Positions 29,710 to 39,972 of a DNA stretch of 64,000 nucleotides are shown here, in pieces (position 1 is the stretch's first letter; every line of letters starts with the position of its first letter). The stretch covers positions 5,367 through 69,366 of the forward strand of contig JBFYLP010000002.1 in the NCBI GenBank assembly GCA_041305345.1. Direction: 5' to 3'. The stretch comes from Candidatus Micrarchaeota archaeon (lineage in GTDB: Archaea; Micrarchaeota; Micrarchaeia; Norongarragalinales; SBBD01). Position numbers and translations under genes: made by a program. Under the pieces are notes generated by a model. It was given only the letters and a program-made list of their open reading frames with translations, was not told where the DNA came from and did no database searches.

Positions 29710-30915
29710 CTACCATTTATCCCTGGCCGCATTCCGCCTAACTTTCTTTGTAAGCATCCTCCGAAACACAATAGGCGCTATCAGGGTTGATGCCAGGGCC
29801 ATGAAAATCAATGCTGTAAATATCTCATCGGTAATCAGCTTATTTTGCAATGCAAGCGAGGCAACTGCAAGCTCGACATCCCCTTTTGCGGTAACTCCCC
29901 AGCCTACAAGAAGCCCCTCCTGCAGCGTGCCCTTGTCGTATAGGATGGCAAGTGTGGTTCCAATCACGGTTCCGCCAATTGCAATGATGCTAAGCGCAAT
30001 GCCAAGGAGGGGGTTGGAAAAGAAGGATGGGACATCCACATTCAGCCCCACCCACACAAAGAAAAGGGGTACGAGGAATCCGAACGAAACCGCGTGTATC
30101 GTGCTTGAGATCTCGTGCACTTCCCAGGGCCTTCGGTGCTTTTCCTGCAGGAGCGAGTGCCTAACAATCACGCCCGCAATTAGTGCGCCCGCAAGCGCCC
30201 CAAGGCCAAGGAAGTCGGAAATTGATGCCATTGAAAGCGTCAGGATGAGCGCTACCATGAAAAGAACCGATGGCGAATGCTCTTTCTGGACGACATTTAG
30301 CGCGAAAGGCACTAGGAGGAAGCGCATTATTGCTGCCACTCCGATGAATGCAAGCATCCCAATGACCACTTCCTGGATGTTCCCGCTTCCAAGGGAGATC
30401 TGGAGGTAGGATATGATGAGAGAGATGAAAATCAGCTCAAGCAGATCATCAACCGAGCCGGTTACGACTATTAGGTTCCCGATTTTGGTTTTAAGCAGGT
30501 TGAATTCCTCGAGGAAATCAAGCGAGATGGCTGTTGAGCTAACAGCAAGGCAGATTCCAACGATTATGGCAACCGATGGGTCGTAGCCAAGCAAATAGAT
30601 CAATGCCGTTCCAAGAATGAATGGAATGGCGGTGTTGAGCGCGGAAATCAGGATGGTTTTCTTGAAATGCCTCTGGAACTCCTTCAAATTCACCTCGAAA
30701 CCCGTGAAAAAGAAGAGCAGCACGATGCCAATATCCGCAAGGCCGGACATCACCTCGCTATTCGAGGTCGTCAGGAGCGCATCCCTTGCAAAAAAGCCAA
30801 TTAGTATTCCCGCTGATATCTGCCCAACGACCCTTGGAATGTGGTAGCGCCTGCATAGCTCTGAAAGGAAATACGCGAAGGTTAGGGCCGTAAGCAGGAG
30901 GAACACGAAATTCAT
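29710..30915 (-). CDS. monovalent cation:proton antiporter (CPA2/Kef-NapA type)
   Basis: About 11 TM segments and an N-terminal LSELCRRYHIPRVVGQISAGILIG typical of Kef-type exchangers. Confidence 0.75.
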   Translation of the reverse strand: MNFVFLLLTALTFAYFLSELCRRYHIPRVVGQISAGILIGFFARDALLTTSNSEVMSGLADIGIVLLFFFTGFEVNLKEFQRHFKKTILISALNTAIPFILGTALIYLLGYDPSVAIIVGICLAVSSTAISLDFLEEFNLLKTKIGNLIVVTGSVDDLLELIFISLIISYLQISLGSGNIQEVVIGMLAFIGVAAIMRFLLVPFALNVVQKEHSPSVLFMVALILTLSMASISDFLGLGALAGALIAGVIVRHSLLQEKHRRPWEVHEISSTIHAVSFGFLVPLFFVWVGLNVDVPSFFSNPLLGIALSIIAIGGTVIGTTLAILYDKGTLQEGLLVGWGVTAKGDVELAVASLALQNKLITDEIFTALIFMALASTLIAPIVFRRMLTKKVRRNAARDKW

Positions 30916-30999
30916 GGAAGAAGTAGGCGCCTACCGTATAAAATACTTGGCTTTGCTCTTGCTAAAGCTAAGGAAAAAAATAAAAAAAAGGGAAAAAAA

Positions 31000-33900
31000 T
31001 CAGAGTCCTTTGCGCCTTATTTGCCTTCTCTTGCCAATGACCACGAGGGCAACCAAGGCAGCGATGAAAGCGAGCCCGTATTCCCAAGGAAGTACGCTTG
31101 CTGCAAACAGCCCGGTTGCGGGATTCACTTCGGGCAATGCCGTCGCCTGCGGTAAAGGAACCGTTTCCGAAGTGGTCAGCCTTGGCATTTGCACTGGTTT
31201 TTCTGGTTCAACAGGCACGTACTGCTTGGGTTTTACCGCCTCGACATTCTGGGCTTTTGTTGCCGGTGTTGATTTGGTTTCCTCGCTTGCTGGCGCTTCA
31301 GGCACGCTTTGGGGCATATAATATGAGGAGCCTCCCGAGCTTCCGGATGAACCGGATGTGGTTGCTGGCGAAATGGGCGTTGGCGCAGTTGCGGATATGG
31401 ACGAGCCTTCATTCCCAACCGTATCTACTGCGGTTACTGCCCAGTTGCCCGTTTGCCCTGCTGTATCGTATGCATTTGAGCTTGTCGAATCAACAAGCAC
31501 CCCATCCAGATATACATTATAGTGATCCACACCGTTTGCATCGGTTGCTGCCGGCCACGAAAGGATGCCGTTGCTTATTGTCACGGCGCCCATTTCCGGA
31601 GCCCGAAGATCGATCTTGATTTCTATCTGCGGGTCGGAGCAATGCGCAGGGATTTCCGCCCCATCGGGCAAATCTCCCTCAAACAAATTGTCGCATGCGC
31701 GCGCCCTCATATAGTATGTCTTCCCATCCTCCAAGCCCTCGGCCGTTGTATTGAAGTCCTCTCCGTAGAGGTCATCAACCTTGTATGGAAGCACGCGCCA
31801 GCCCGAATCATATTTCTCAGGCCCGATTGGCACTCCAAACAGGCTTCCAAGGTCCTCGAAGATGCGGTATTGCACCGTGTCCTCCCTAATGCCTGATGCG
31901 TCCTGCGCCATCATCTCTATTGGGATGATCTGGCCGTACGTTTCACCGCTTTGGGGCGATGTAATTTCCTTTTCTGGCGGTGAATTGTCGACCATCATCG
32001 TGGCGCTTACATTTGCCTTGTTGTATTCCATATCCATTGCAAACAATGCAAGCGTATGTGAGCCATCGTTCAGACCAATAGGCGCATTCCCGAATACCTT
32101 GCAGTTGCTGTCATCAATTATCTGGCCAGCAAAGCTGAAGGTCTGCTCAATGCACTCGTCATCGTTGCACGTCTCCTGCGTGATTTCGCCCGAGCATTGG
32201 AATAGCGCCGAATCATGGTCTTCTGCCTTCAAGTATGCGGCAAAGTAATCGCCGGTGCTTAAGGGCTCATCAAGGCCTTCAGTGTGGTCGAGTTCAATGA
32301 ATGGAGCCTGATTGTCGATGTCCATCAGTATGACATCGCCCATAGTATCCCGCGCCAGATCGTAGTAGGTGTTGCAGCTCCGGTCATTTATCTCAATGAC
32401 AAGATATGCCTTGTCTGTCAAGCCCGATTCCTCCGGAATCTGGACGCTTCCCTTGCATACTCCGTCATCAAATGGCACGCTCCCCAGTGAAACCAGATGG
32501 TATCTTTCCGGCCCCAGATATTCGAGCAAGTTATCGAATAGGTAAGGCTTCCTCATCAGGAGCATCACTGCCTGCAGCTCTGTTTCTGTAAGTTCCTCGA
32601 AATGCACATCCATCGCATAGAACATGCAGCTCGTAAATCCGCTTGCAGGGTCTCCCTTGTCCATTGCTGGCGCATATACGGAGAACTTCTCACCATCGTG
32701 GTACCATCTTCCGGATGTTGGATTCAATACCCAGCCTTTTGGCGGCTGTTTGTCGAAGATGTCAATTTCCGACTGCATCCCTTCCTCGTTAAACAACTGG
32801 TCCTGGCTGTAGTATTCGATCTCATACTCGCCTTCGATGCTGAATGCGAACTCCATTCCGGGCTCATATTCGATCCAATCCGACCATCCTCCGCCATTTA
32901 TTTGGTAGCGGTAATAGGTAATGGTTCCATCAACGTGGCAGATGGGCCCCCCATCTAGGGCTGAAAAGCCAATTAAGGTATCCCTGCATACGTAATAGTC
33001 GCACTCTTCTTCGGGCCCGCAGGCGGTCTTATTGCCCATAATGATCTTCTCGGTTTCGGGCGGAGTTGTATCGACGCGGTCTATTTCAGTTGTCAGGTTT
33101 GCCCTGTTCCCAAGTGCATCCTCGCAATAGTATTCTATTGTATGCACGGAATCCTCCTTGAAGTTTATGGTTGCACTGGTGCCCTCAACAACGACCCACT
33201 CCTCCCATTGCCCTCCATCGACATTGTACCGGTACAAAATGCTTACCCGGTCAACGGGATGCGGGTATGGGTCCGTGCATTCCAACGTGATGTCCGTATT
33301 CTGCGTGATGAAGTAATGGCAATCATCCCTCCCAAGATCTTCGCACGATATTGACGGCTTTCCAACCACCTTGCTGATTACCGGAGGCTGCGTTTCCACT
33401 ATGTCAATTTCCATTTGGGTTCTTTCCTGGTTGCCAAGCGCATCTACTGAGTAATAATACAGCGTATGCCTCGAATCCTCCGGGAATGTGAATGGCCCAG
33501 TGTACTCCGTCTCGTTTGTGCACCAATAGTCGGTCACCAATTCGATTTGTTCATCCCCTGGCTCCTCGCCTACGCAGTACCAGTAATAGGTTCTTACGCG
33601 GTCAACCGGATGCGGTTCCGGATCAATGGCTGCAAGAGTGATTGTTGTTTGCTGGGTGATGTAGTAGTCGCATTGTTCATCTTGATCGCATTCCACCTTT
33701 GGATCGCCAACTGTCTTGGTCGTTACGGGCGGAACTGTCTCGATATAGTCGATTTCAGAATAGGTCGGTCCCTTGTTTCCAAGTGCATCCTCCGCATAAT
33801 ATTCAATAGTGTGCTTGGAGTCCTCAGCGAAGTAAAGGTCATTCTCAAAAAGCGCCCAGTTAGACCAATCGCCGTCATTCACGTTGTAGCGGTAATATAT

Positions 33901-36900
33901 TTTTACTGCATCAACCGGATGCGGGAGCGGATCTGTTGCCTCGAAGGAGATTGGCGTACTTTGCGTTATGTACCAGTCGCACCCCTCTCCTATTCCGCAC
34001 GCAACCTTCGGGTCGCCTACTGTTTTCGCAACGGTCGGCCCCTGATTGTCCACAATATCCAGTTCGGTTTGCGTTAGCGCGGTATTTCCAAGAATGTCCT
34101 TGCAATAATATTCGATCTCGTGCATCGAATCTTCCGGTAGGGTGAAAGTCACTTCGTCATCCTCAGTGACGACAAAATCCCCCCATTCTCCCCATTCGCT
34201 GTTCTCATCGAGCCTATATCTGATCCGATAGCTAATCGAAACGTGATTCGACGGATGCGGATTTGGATCAGTGCAATAGAGCGTTATTGGCGTTTGGGAT
34301 GTGACGTAGAAATCGCAGCCGTTCTTGTCCACGCAAGGCACTTTCGGTTCGCCCACCACTTTCCTTACGACTGGAGGCACGGTTTCGACGATATCGATTT
34401 CCGTGTGCTCTTCCTCCTCATTCCCGAGTGCATCAACGCAGTAATATTTCAGCGTGTGCATCGAATCTTCGGGGAAGGTGAATGGCCCTTCATAAAGCAT
34501 CAAGTCCGTCCATTCGCCATCGTCAACAAGGTATTTGTATAAAAGCTGTTCCCCTCCAACAGGATGCGGATCTTGATCAATGCAGCTCATTGTAATCGGT
34601 GTTTGCTGCGTTATGTACCAGTCGCATTCCTCTCCTGTTTCGCATTCGTGCTTTGGATCCCCGACCGTCTTTTGGGTTTCTGGGGGCTGGGAGTCGACGA
34701 CATCGATCTCAGTCATTATGTCCCCTTCATTTCCTAGCGCATCCGTGCAATAGTATTCGAGCGTGTGCATTGAATCTTCAGGGTAGGAGAACGGACCCTC
34801 GTATTCTGTCCATTCATCCGGGAAATCGCCATCATTTATTTTATAGCGGAAGAAGATTTGCTCTCCTGCAACAGGGTGCGGATAAGCATCCTCACATTCA
34901 AGGGTTATCTGGGTATCGGTGGTCATGTAATAATCGCATCCGAGCGAATCGTCCGGTTCGCATTTCACTTGCGGCTTTCCGACCATTTTCTCCACTAATG
35001 GTGGCTGAGAATCCACAAAGTCCGCCTCGAGCATATGCCTTCCCATATTCCCCACATAATCGACAGCGAAGTAGGTTAGCGTGTGGTATGAGTCCTCCTC
35101 ATAACTGAATGGCCCGGAGTACTCGATCCATCCGGTGCATGTTTCAGGATCGACCAGGTAATCCGGCCTTGAGCAAATCTTGTAGAATATTTTTATTGGC
35201 TTGTTTGCCGCGTGGCCGAAATCAGTTGCAGTGAGGGTGAATTCCGTATCCTGCGTTACGTAATAATCGCATTCGTAGATGCCTTCATCAAGCGGTTGGC
35301 ATTCGACTTTGGGATCGCCCACGGTTTTCTCAACAATTGGCGGCTGCGAATCGACCTTTTCAACTTCGGAATGGGTCTGTTCAACATTGCCAAGAGCATC
35401 CACGCAATACCATTCAAGCTCGTGCCGCGAATCTTCCTCGTATGTAAAAGTGCCCGAATAAGTAATCCAATCGGTGAACTCCTCATCATCCAGTTTGTAT
35501 CGGTATTTGATTGTTATCGCATCAGACGGGTGTGGTTCCTGGTCGTTGCAGGTTAGGGTGATTGGGGTTTGCTGCGTAATGAAGTAATCGCAGCCATCAC
35601 CAGCCTCACAAGGCGCCTTGGGCTCTCCAAGCGTCTTTTCACTCACAGGGGCTGCCGTATCCACGATGTCAATCTCAAACCAATGCCTCTCCTCGTTGTT
35701 GCAGAAATCGATGCTGTAATACTCGATTTCGTGTATGCTGTCTTCGGAGAATGAGAATGGCTGTGTGTAAAGAATCCATCCACTCCAGCTGCCCCATCCA
35801 TCTTCGAAATCTTCCTTCCAGCGGTGCCTATAGTACACTTTTTGCTGGTCCGAGAAGTAGCCATCGCCCGGATCTGGATCCACTGACGTAAACGATATTT
35901 CCGTATCCTGCGTCACATAATAGCAATTTGCCGCTTCCTGCTCCTCCCCAAGGTAATCACAAGCGATTCTGGGTTCTCCTATTGTTTTCGTTGTTTGCGG
36001 CGGAGTCCGATCGATCACAAAGCACACTTCCTGCTGGAAGCTCATTTTCCCCCAATTGCCCGCAAGGTCCTTTCCGTGTAGCTTTACGCAATGCCTCCCT
36101 TCTTCGTGGAGGCTTGAATTGAAAGTGGCGTTCACCCATTCGCAAAGCTCATCCCAGCCGCCGTCCATCGGCCCCATCTGGTATCCCTGGCCGTTTGGCC
36201 ACGAGTTCCAAGTGCCGTCAAGGAAATATTCCGCCTGCACAACCGGCGATTGCGAATCGCAAATCTCTGCTGTTAGCTGCGGATTGCCCGCACATACCCA
36301 ATATGGAATGGTGATATTCCTTACGACTTCCGGGGGAATCTGGTCAACCTCGAACGTATCATAATTGCATTCTCCCCATTCACCGTTCTCATTCTGTGCC
36401 CTTACGTAGACCGTGTGCCTTCCGTCACCAATGCCAAAATTCTGCAAAATCACATTCCTTGCTGCAATTATCTCCCAGAATTTGTCATTATTGAATTGGC
36501 CATCGTCAGTAGGATAGATGCCAGTTCCCGTGCCTGGCTCGTCGCAATAATCGAAATAGAATTCTGCATAATGGATAGGCGAACAATCCTCTGAGACATT
36601 CGCGTGGATGTTCAGCCTGAAATTAGCCGGGTCGGGTATCGCATTAACTGAAACCACTACCGGTCCAAGAGTGTCAATCGGGCCATCGGAAGGATCGCAG
36701 GTATCGTACATCACTCCGTCCCTGCAATAAATATTGGAATATTCCTCTCCGCAGCCATTCGGTGTGCACGCCTGTTCCCCATAATAGCAAAGTCCCTGGT
36801 AAATCGTGCCCGGAATAGGGCAATAAGCATCCATTTCATATTCGCACGAGCAAGAGTCGGTGTTGCAGCCTCCACCATAATAGCAGATATCCCCAACGAT

Positions 36901-37533
36901 CTTCTCGCCGCAGGCTTCCTGGTTTTCAGTTGAGCATTCGTCCGGTGGAACCGTGCATTGTGGGGTTGGGGATGGTGAAGGGATTATGCAGTTCGCATCA
37001 ACTTCGCATTCCCATTGCCCTTCGCCTTCAATTTGAATGCACTGCTGATCCCTGCAAACCATATGATATGGCGTAGGTGTAGGCGAAGAAATGACGCAAT
37101 CATCATTCGTTTCACAGGTTGACGGTTCATTCCCGGTTCCTTGAAGCTGGGCACACGTCAAATCAACACAAGTCCAGTAATAATACGGTTCCGGAGTCGG
37201 TGAGGTAATGATGCAATCCTCCGATGTACTGCAAGTTGACGGTTCATTCCCGGTTCCTTGAAGCTGGGCGCACGTAAGATCGACGCAGGCCATATAATAG
37301 TAGGGATCCGGAGATGCAGACGGGCTTGGGGAAATGCAAGGAGATGGGGTGCATTGGGTGGTCACCATCTGGGGGCCTTCATCGCCAGTTTCACCTAGGT
37401 TTTCACCACCGGTTTCGGCGGAGCTCACGCTAACTAGGAGCCCTGCAAGAAGGAGCAACAGGTATATGTGGTAAGATGCAAACACATTCTGCAATGCGCC
37501 CGAAAGACCCTTCCCGACATTCCTATTGCCCAT
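31000..37533 (-). CDS. giant (2177 aa) surface protein with signal peptide, triplicated Cys-rich module, about 12 tandem Ig-like repeats, a Ser/Thr/Pro stalk and a C-terminal TM anchor
   Basis: N-terminal hydrophobic signal (IYLLLLLAGLLVSVSS). Three repeats contain CVDLTCAQLQGTGNEPSTC. Repeats of 105-115 aa follow the pattern VDxxPPxxxKxVGxPKxxC...CDYYxTxxTxITLxCxDxxPHPV...YRY..DG.W..W..YxGPFxFxEDSxHTxEYYxVDALGN. C-terminal STP-rich region, TM helix LAFIAALVALVVIG and KRRQIRRKGL tail. Confidence 0.75.
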   Translation of the reverse strand: MGNRNVGKGLSGALQNVFASYHIYLLLLLAGLLVSVSSAETGGENLGETGDEGPQMVTTQCTPSPCISPSPSASPDPYYYMACVDLTCAQLQGTGNEPSTCSTSEDCIITSPTPEPYYYWTCVDLTCAQLQGTGNEPSTCETNDDCVISSPTPTPYHMVCRDQQCIQIEGEGQWECEVDANCIIPSPSPTPQCTVPPDECSTENQEACGEKIVGDICYYGGGCNTDSCSCEYEMDAYCPIPGTIYQGLCYYGEQACTPNGCGEEYSNIYCRDGVMYDTCDPSDGPIDTLGPVVVSVNAIPDPANFRLNIHANVSEDCSPIHYAEFYFDYCDEPGTGTGIYPTDDGQFNNDKFWEIIAARNVILQNFGIGDGRHTVYVRAQNENGEWGECNYDTFEVDQIPPEVVRNITIPYWVCAGNPQLTAEICDSQSPVVQAEYFLDGTWNSWPNGQGYQMGPMDGGWDELCEWVNATFNSSLHEEGRHCVKLHGKDLAGNWGKMSFQQEVCFVIDRTPPQTTKTIGEPRIACDYLGEEQEAANCYYVTQDTEISFTSVDPDPGDGYFSDQQKVYYRHRWKEDFEDGWGSWSGWILYTQPFSFSEDSIHEIEYYSIDFCNNEERHWFEIDIVDTAAPVSEKTLGEPKAPCEAGDGCDYFITQQTPITLTCNDQEPHPSDAITIKYRYKLDDEEFTDWITYSGTFTYEEDSRHELEWYCVDALGNVEQTHSEVEKVDSQPPIVEKTVGDPKVECQPLDEGIYECDYYVTQDTEFTLTATDFGHAANKPIKIFYKICSRPDYLVDPETCTGWIEYSGPFSYEEDSYHTLTYFAVDYVGNMGRHMLEADFVDSQPPLVEKMVGKPQVKCEPDDSLGCDYYMTTDTQITLECEDAYPHPVAGEQIFFRYKINDGDFPDEWTEYEGPFSYPEDSMHTLEYYCTDALGNEGDIMTEIDVVDSQPPETQKTVGDPKHECETGEECDWYITQQTPITMSCIDQDPHPVGGEQLLYKYLVDDGEWTDLMLYEGPFTFPEDSMHTLKYYCVDALGNEEEEHTEIDIVETVPPVVRKVVGEPKVPCVDKNGCDFYVTSQTPITLYCTDPNPHPSNHVSISYRIRYRLDENSEWGEWGDFVVTEDDEVTFTLPEDSMHEIEYYCKDILGNTALTQTELDIVDNQGPTVAKTVGDPKVACGIGEGCDWYITQSTPISFEATDPLPHPVDAVKIYYRYNVNDGDWSNWALFENDLYFAEDSKHTIEYYAEDALGNKGPTYSEIDYIETVPPVTTKTVGDPKVECDQDEQCDYYITQQTTITLAAIDPEPHPVDRVRTYYWYCVGEEPGDEQIELVTDYWCTNETEYTGPFTFPEDSRHTLYYYSVDALGNQERTQMEIDIVETQPPVISKVVGKPSISCEDLGRDDCHYFITQNTDITLECTDPYPHPVDRVSILYRYNVDGGQWEEWVVVEGTSATINFKEDSVHTIEYYCEDALGNRANLTTEIDRVDTTPPETEKIIMGNKTACGPEEECDYYVCRDTLIGFSALDGGPICHVDGTITYYRYQINGGGWSDWIEYEPGMEFAFSIEGEYEIEYYSQDQLFNEEGMQSEIDIFDKQPPKGWVLNPTSGRWYHDGEKFSVYAPAMDKGDPASGFTSCMFYAMDVHFEELTETELQAVMLLMRKPYLFDNLLEYLGPERYHLVSLGSVPFDDGVCKGSVQIPEESGLTDKAYLVIEINDRSCNTYYDLARDTMGDVILMDIDNQAPFIELDHTEGLDEPLSTGDYFAAYLKAEDHDSALFQCSGEITQETCNDDECIEQTFSFAGQIIDDSNCKVFGNAPIGLNDGSHTLALFAMDMEYNKANVSATMMVDNSPPEKEITSPQSGETYGQIIPIEMMAQDASGIREDTVQYRIFEDLGSLFGVPIGPEKYDSGWRVLPYKVDDLYGEDFNTTAEGLEDGKTYYMRARACDNLFEGDLPDGAEIPAHCSDPQIEIKIDLRAPEMGAVTISNGILSWPAATDANGVDHYNVYLDGVLVDSTSSNAYDTAGQTGNWAVTAVDTVGNEGSSISATAPTPISPATTSGSSGSSGGSSYYMPQSVPEAPASEETKSTPATKAQNVEAVKPKQYVPVEPEKPVQMPRLTTSETVPLPQATALPEVNPATGLFAASVLPWEYGLAFIAALVALVVIGKRRQIRRKGL
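33000..36100 (-). repeat. coding tandem-repeat array of about 12 Ig-like (CHB_HEX_C/OmpL47-like) modules of 105-115 aa inside the giant gene
   Basis: Periodic recurrence of PP..EK.VG.PK...C, CDYY.TQ.T.ITL, PHPV, YRY..DG.W, GPF.F.EDS.HT.EYY and D.LGN in the translation. Confidence 0.7.
37118..37290 (-). repeat. near-identical 50-nt direct repeat (period 117 nt) encoding the duplicated CVDLTCAQLQGTGNEPSTC module
   Basis: gttgacggttcattcccggttccttgaagctgggc occurs at 37118 and again at 37235, with about 4 mismatches over the next 15 nt. Confidence 0.8.
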
Positions 37534-37848
37534 ACTGACCCACCCCTAGGTGTTGAATATTTTTTTTTAAAAAAGCGGTTTTAGAATCAGATTTCTGGGA
37601 ATGCGAGATTTCTCTGGGCACATACTGTTTTACAGGGAAACACTTAGCGCCCCTAATATGCAAAAATTCCCACCCCCCAAAATACTTAAAGCTAGAAGTC
37701 ATCGGAAGGAAACTATAAAAAGGGAACGGTAACTATCGTTCAGTTACAAATTTTATTCTAAAAAATGATTTTTGATAATAAAGGCTTAGATTGACACTCG
37801 AAAATATCCGTTTGCCAATAAAAAAAGAAATGGAGTTTGCCAATTTTC

Positions 37849-38340
37849 CTATTCCTGCGGCTTCCTTTTCACTTTCCACGTCTCAACGATGGAAGTCCAC
37901 TCCCCTCCGATATGCTTTAATGCCTCGCCGAATTTGGTTGAAATGCGCAGCACCATCTCGTGCCTCTTGTCCTTGTCCGTCTGGCCCGTTGGGTTTTTTC
38001 TTTCTCGTGCCAGAAGTCCGGTGGCAATCATCCTAGGTATCACAAGATTGCGAAGGGTGGATGTTGGGATGGTATTCTTAACCGCCCATTCCGCAACATC
38101 ATCCCCGGTTGCCTCCTCCTTAGATGCAAGGTAAACAAGCAGCTTTCCGCCGATTTCGAATTGCGCCTTCTTGAACTGCGGGGGAAAGATCAGCTTCAGT
38201 ATGTCCTCGGTTTCCCATCTCGCCTGCAGTGACATGGGTAATTTATTGTAATGGAACCAAAGGCTTTCCTTTGAGGGAATGCCGCGCGATGCCGGCTCCC
38301 CTGTTTTTTTTATTTCTGAAACGGCTACTTCAGCGTCCAT
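37849..38340 (-). CDS. hypothetical protein, possible winged-helix DNA-binding protein
   Basis: Central AEWAVKNTIPTSTLRNLVIPRMIATGLLARER resembles a wHTH recognition helix plus wing. Confidence 0.35.
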   Translation of the reverse strand: MDAEVAVSEIKKTGEPASRGIPSKESLWFHYNKLPMSLQARWETEDILKLIFPPQFKKAQFEIGGKLLVYLASKEEATGDDVAEWAVKNTIPTSTLRNLVIPRMIATGLLARERKNPTGQTDKDKRHEMVLRISTKFGEALKHIGGEWTSIVETWKVKRKPQE

Positions 38341-38352
38341 TTTACCACCGGC

Positions 38353-38754
38353 TTACTTTTTTTCCAACTGGTCGAGGAACTCCTCGCAATCGGCAATCAC
38401 ATCCGCCCATGCCAAAAACCCTTCCTTATACAATTCAACGTATTCGGGGAAGACGGAATTATCCCCGAGCAATCCCTCATCTGCGGATGAGATCCTTCCA
38501 ACAGTTTGGAGCACAAACCTTTTAACCGTGACAATTGCCTCCGTCAATTCGGCCTTTCCGCTTACGGACTCCAGCAGGCGCATTTGCTCTATATCTCTGT
38601 CGGAATAATCCGAATAAACCCGCGTTATTGATTCCATCGACCTCTCAACTGAGTTATTGATCAAGTTGTTCAGGAGGAGTATGTGGGAGAATGATTTTTC
38701 ATAAGGCGTTCCTGCGCATCTGCGCATTAATTCCGTCCTGAATTTTGATGCCAT
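38353..38754 (-). CDS. hypothetical protein
   Basis: 133-aa acidic ORF with no motif. Confidence 0.3.
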   Translation of the reverse strand: MASKFRTELMRRCAGTPYEKSFSHILLLNNLINNSVERSMESITRVYSDYSDRDIEQMRLLESVSGKAELTEAIVTVKRFVLQTVGRISSADEGLLGDNSVFPEYVELYKEGFLAWADVIADCEEFLDQLEKK

Positions 38755-38832
38755 CCTGATCCTCTACCTTGGTATTACGTACGCAACCTATTAAATATAT
38801 TGCAACAATGGAACGGATTACTTCGGGAATGG

Positions 38833-39273
38833 TCAGCCTTCCTTTTTGAAGTTGAGTGGCATTACAAGAACGCTCGTGATGACATACCAATATATCAACG
38901 TTGCCAAAATGGGTAAGGGCTTTGGATTCTTGCTAAATTCCAATGAGGGAATGATCAGGTCCTCCTGCCCGCCCATCGTCTTTGCAAGGACGTCCCCGCC
39001 TCCTGCGTAGATGTAGGGGAACCAGAAGATCGGATTGAGGTGCATTGTCCTTTCGATTGTCTGCTGGAAATTCGATTCCCTGTTAGTCTGGAGATAATAG
39101 GTACTCTGTGCGTCCGTATGGTAAGTGCCAATGAAGGGGAAATTTGCTGCCAATGCGATTAGCAAGACGAAAAAGATTTTTTCCTTTGAGGGCAGTATCC
39201 TATCCAGCAATTTCATACTTAACACGGTGTCAGTGAGTTGAAAGCTTGAGGCTAAATACGTATTTTTTCGCAT
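38833..39273 (-). CDS. hypothetical membrane protein
   Basis: Three TM segments. Confidence 0.35.
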   Translation of the reverse strand: MRKNTYLASSFQLTDTVLSMKLLDRILPSKEKIFFVLLIALAANFPFIGTYHTDAQSTYYLQTNRESNFQQTIERTMHLNPIFWFPYIYAGGGDVLAKTMGGQEDLIIPSLEFSKNPKPLPILATLIYWYVITSVLVMPLNFKKEG

Positions 39274-39727
39274 TCATATCAAGGTACCTGAGCAATGTCA
39301 TTGTGAATTCCAGTGCTGCGATTGCAAGTACGACCTGCAACGCCCCATCGGGAAGACGCATGCTAATTAGGCTTGCGAATGCAGCTGCAAATTGCGAACC
39401 AAAAAGCAGCCCCGAACCGATTGATAACAACATTATTGGGTTCCTTGTGAGAACCGCCCTGAAATCCGATTCCTTCGAGGCGATGAAATCGAATGCGACC
39501 CACAGGCATCCAAAGCTTAGGAAGATCACTGACATCGCAAGGAACGCATCGCTAATGCTTATTAGGAAATTGCCAAAATCCGCCGTTCCTGCCTTTACCA
39601 TGTCCATCTGGTCGAAGAAGTTGGGAATCGCGGTTATGATGATCGGCTGGTAGAACCCGAAATTCTGGAGCATCCAAACTGCAAAAAGTATCATCACGGC
39701 TGCAACTGCCTTTTTCATCGATTTCAC
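39230..39727 (-). CDS. hypothetical membrane protein
   Basis: Four TM segments. Overlaps the downstream ORF by 44 nt, so one of the two starts may be wrong. Confidence 0.35.
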   Translation of the reverse strand: MKSMKKAVAAVMILFAVWMLQNFGFYQPIIITAIPNFFDQMDMVKAGTADFGNFLISISDAFLAMSVIFLSFGCLWVAFDFIASKESDFRAVLTRNPIMLLSIGSGLLFGSQFAAAFASLISMRLPDGALQVVLAIAALEFTMTLLRYLDMNAKKYVFSLKLSTH

Positions 39728-39972
39728 CTTTCAATCCGTAACGAAGCGGTGATATATAATAATTGCTGCCCTGCGCCCTTTTGCCCAAATATATAAACAT
39801 TGCCCGCGTAAACTTTCCCGTGATGACACTGTCCCAGACTGAGCGCAAGCGATGAAGATCGAGGTAGCTACTGACCATCATTCTTATTGGCAAAATAAGC
39901 CTAGATGGAAAACAAGGGGCCCTTTGAAGAAGAGGGCAGACTACCTTTTTTTTTCAATGGAGTTGAAATAAT

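Noticed and set aside
30914-31321. 135-aa + strand ORF overlapping the 3' end of the giant gene and the antiporter gap
   Set aside because: Overlaps two well-supported minus-strand genes. The translation lacks any motif.
33000-36100. Periodic repeats considered as a possible CRISPR array
   Set aside because: Period is about 320-340 nt and diverged, in frame within one continuous ORF, with no short identical repeats and spacers. They are protein-domain repeats.
31098-36364. Many + strand ORFs of 60-200 aa inside 31000-37533
   Set aside because: Antisense to the giant repeat protein. His/Arg/Cys-rich nonsense translations. No start context.
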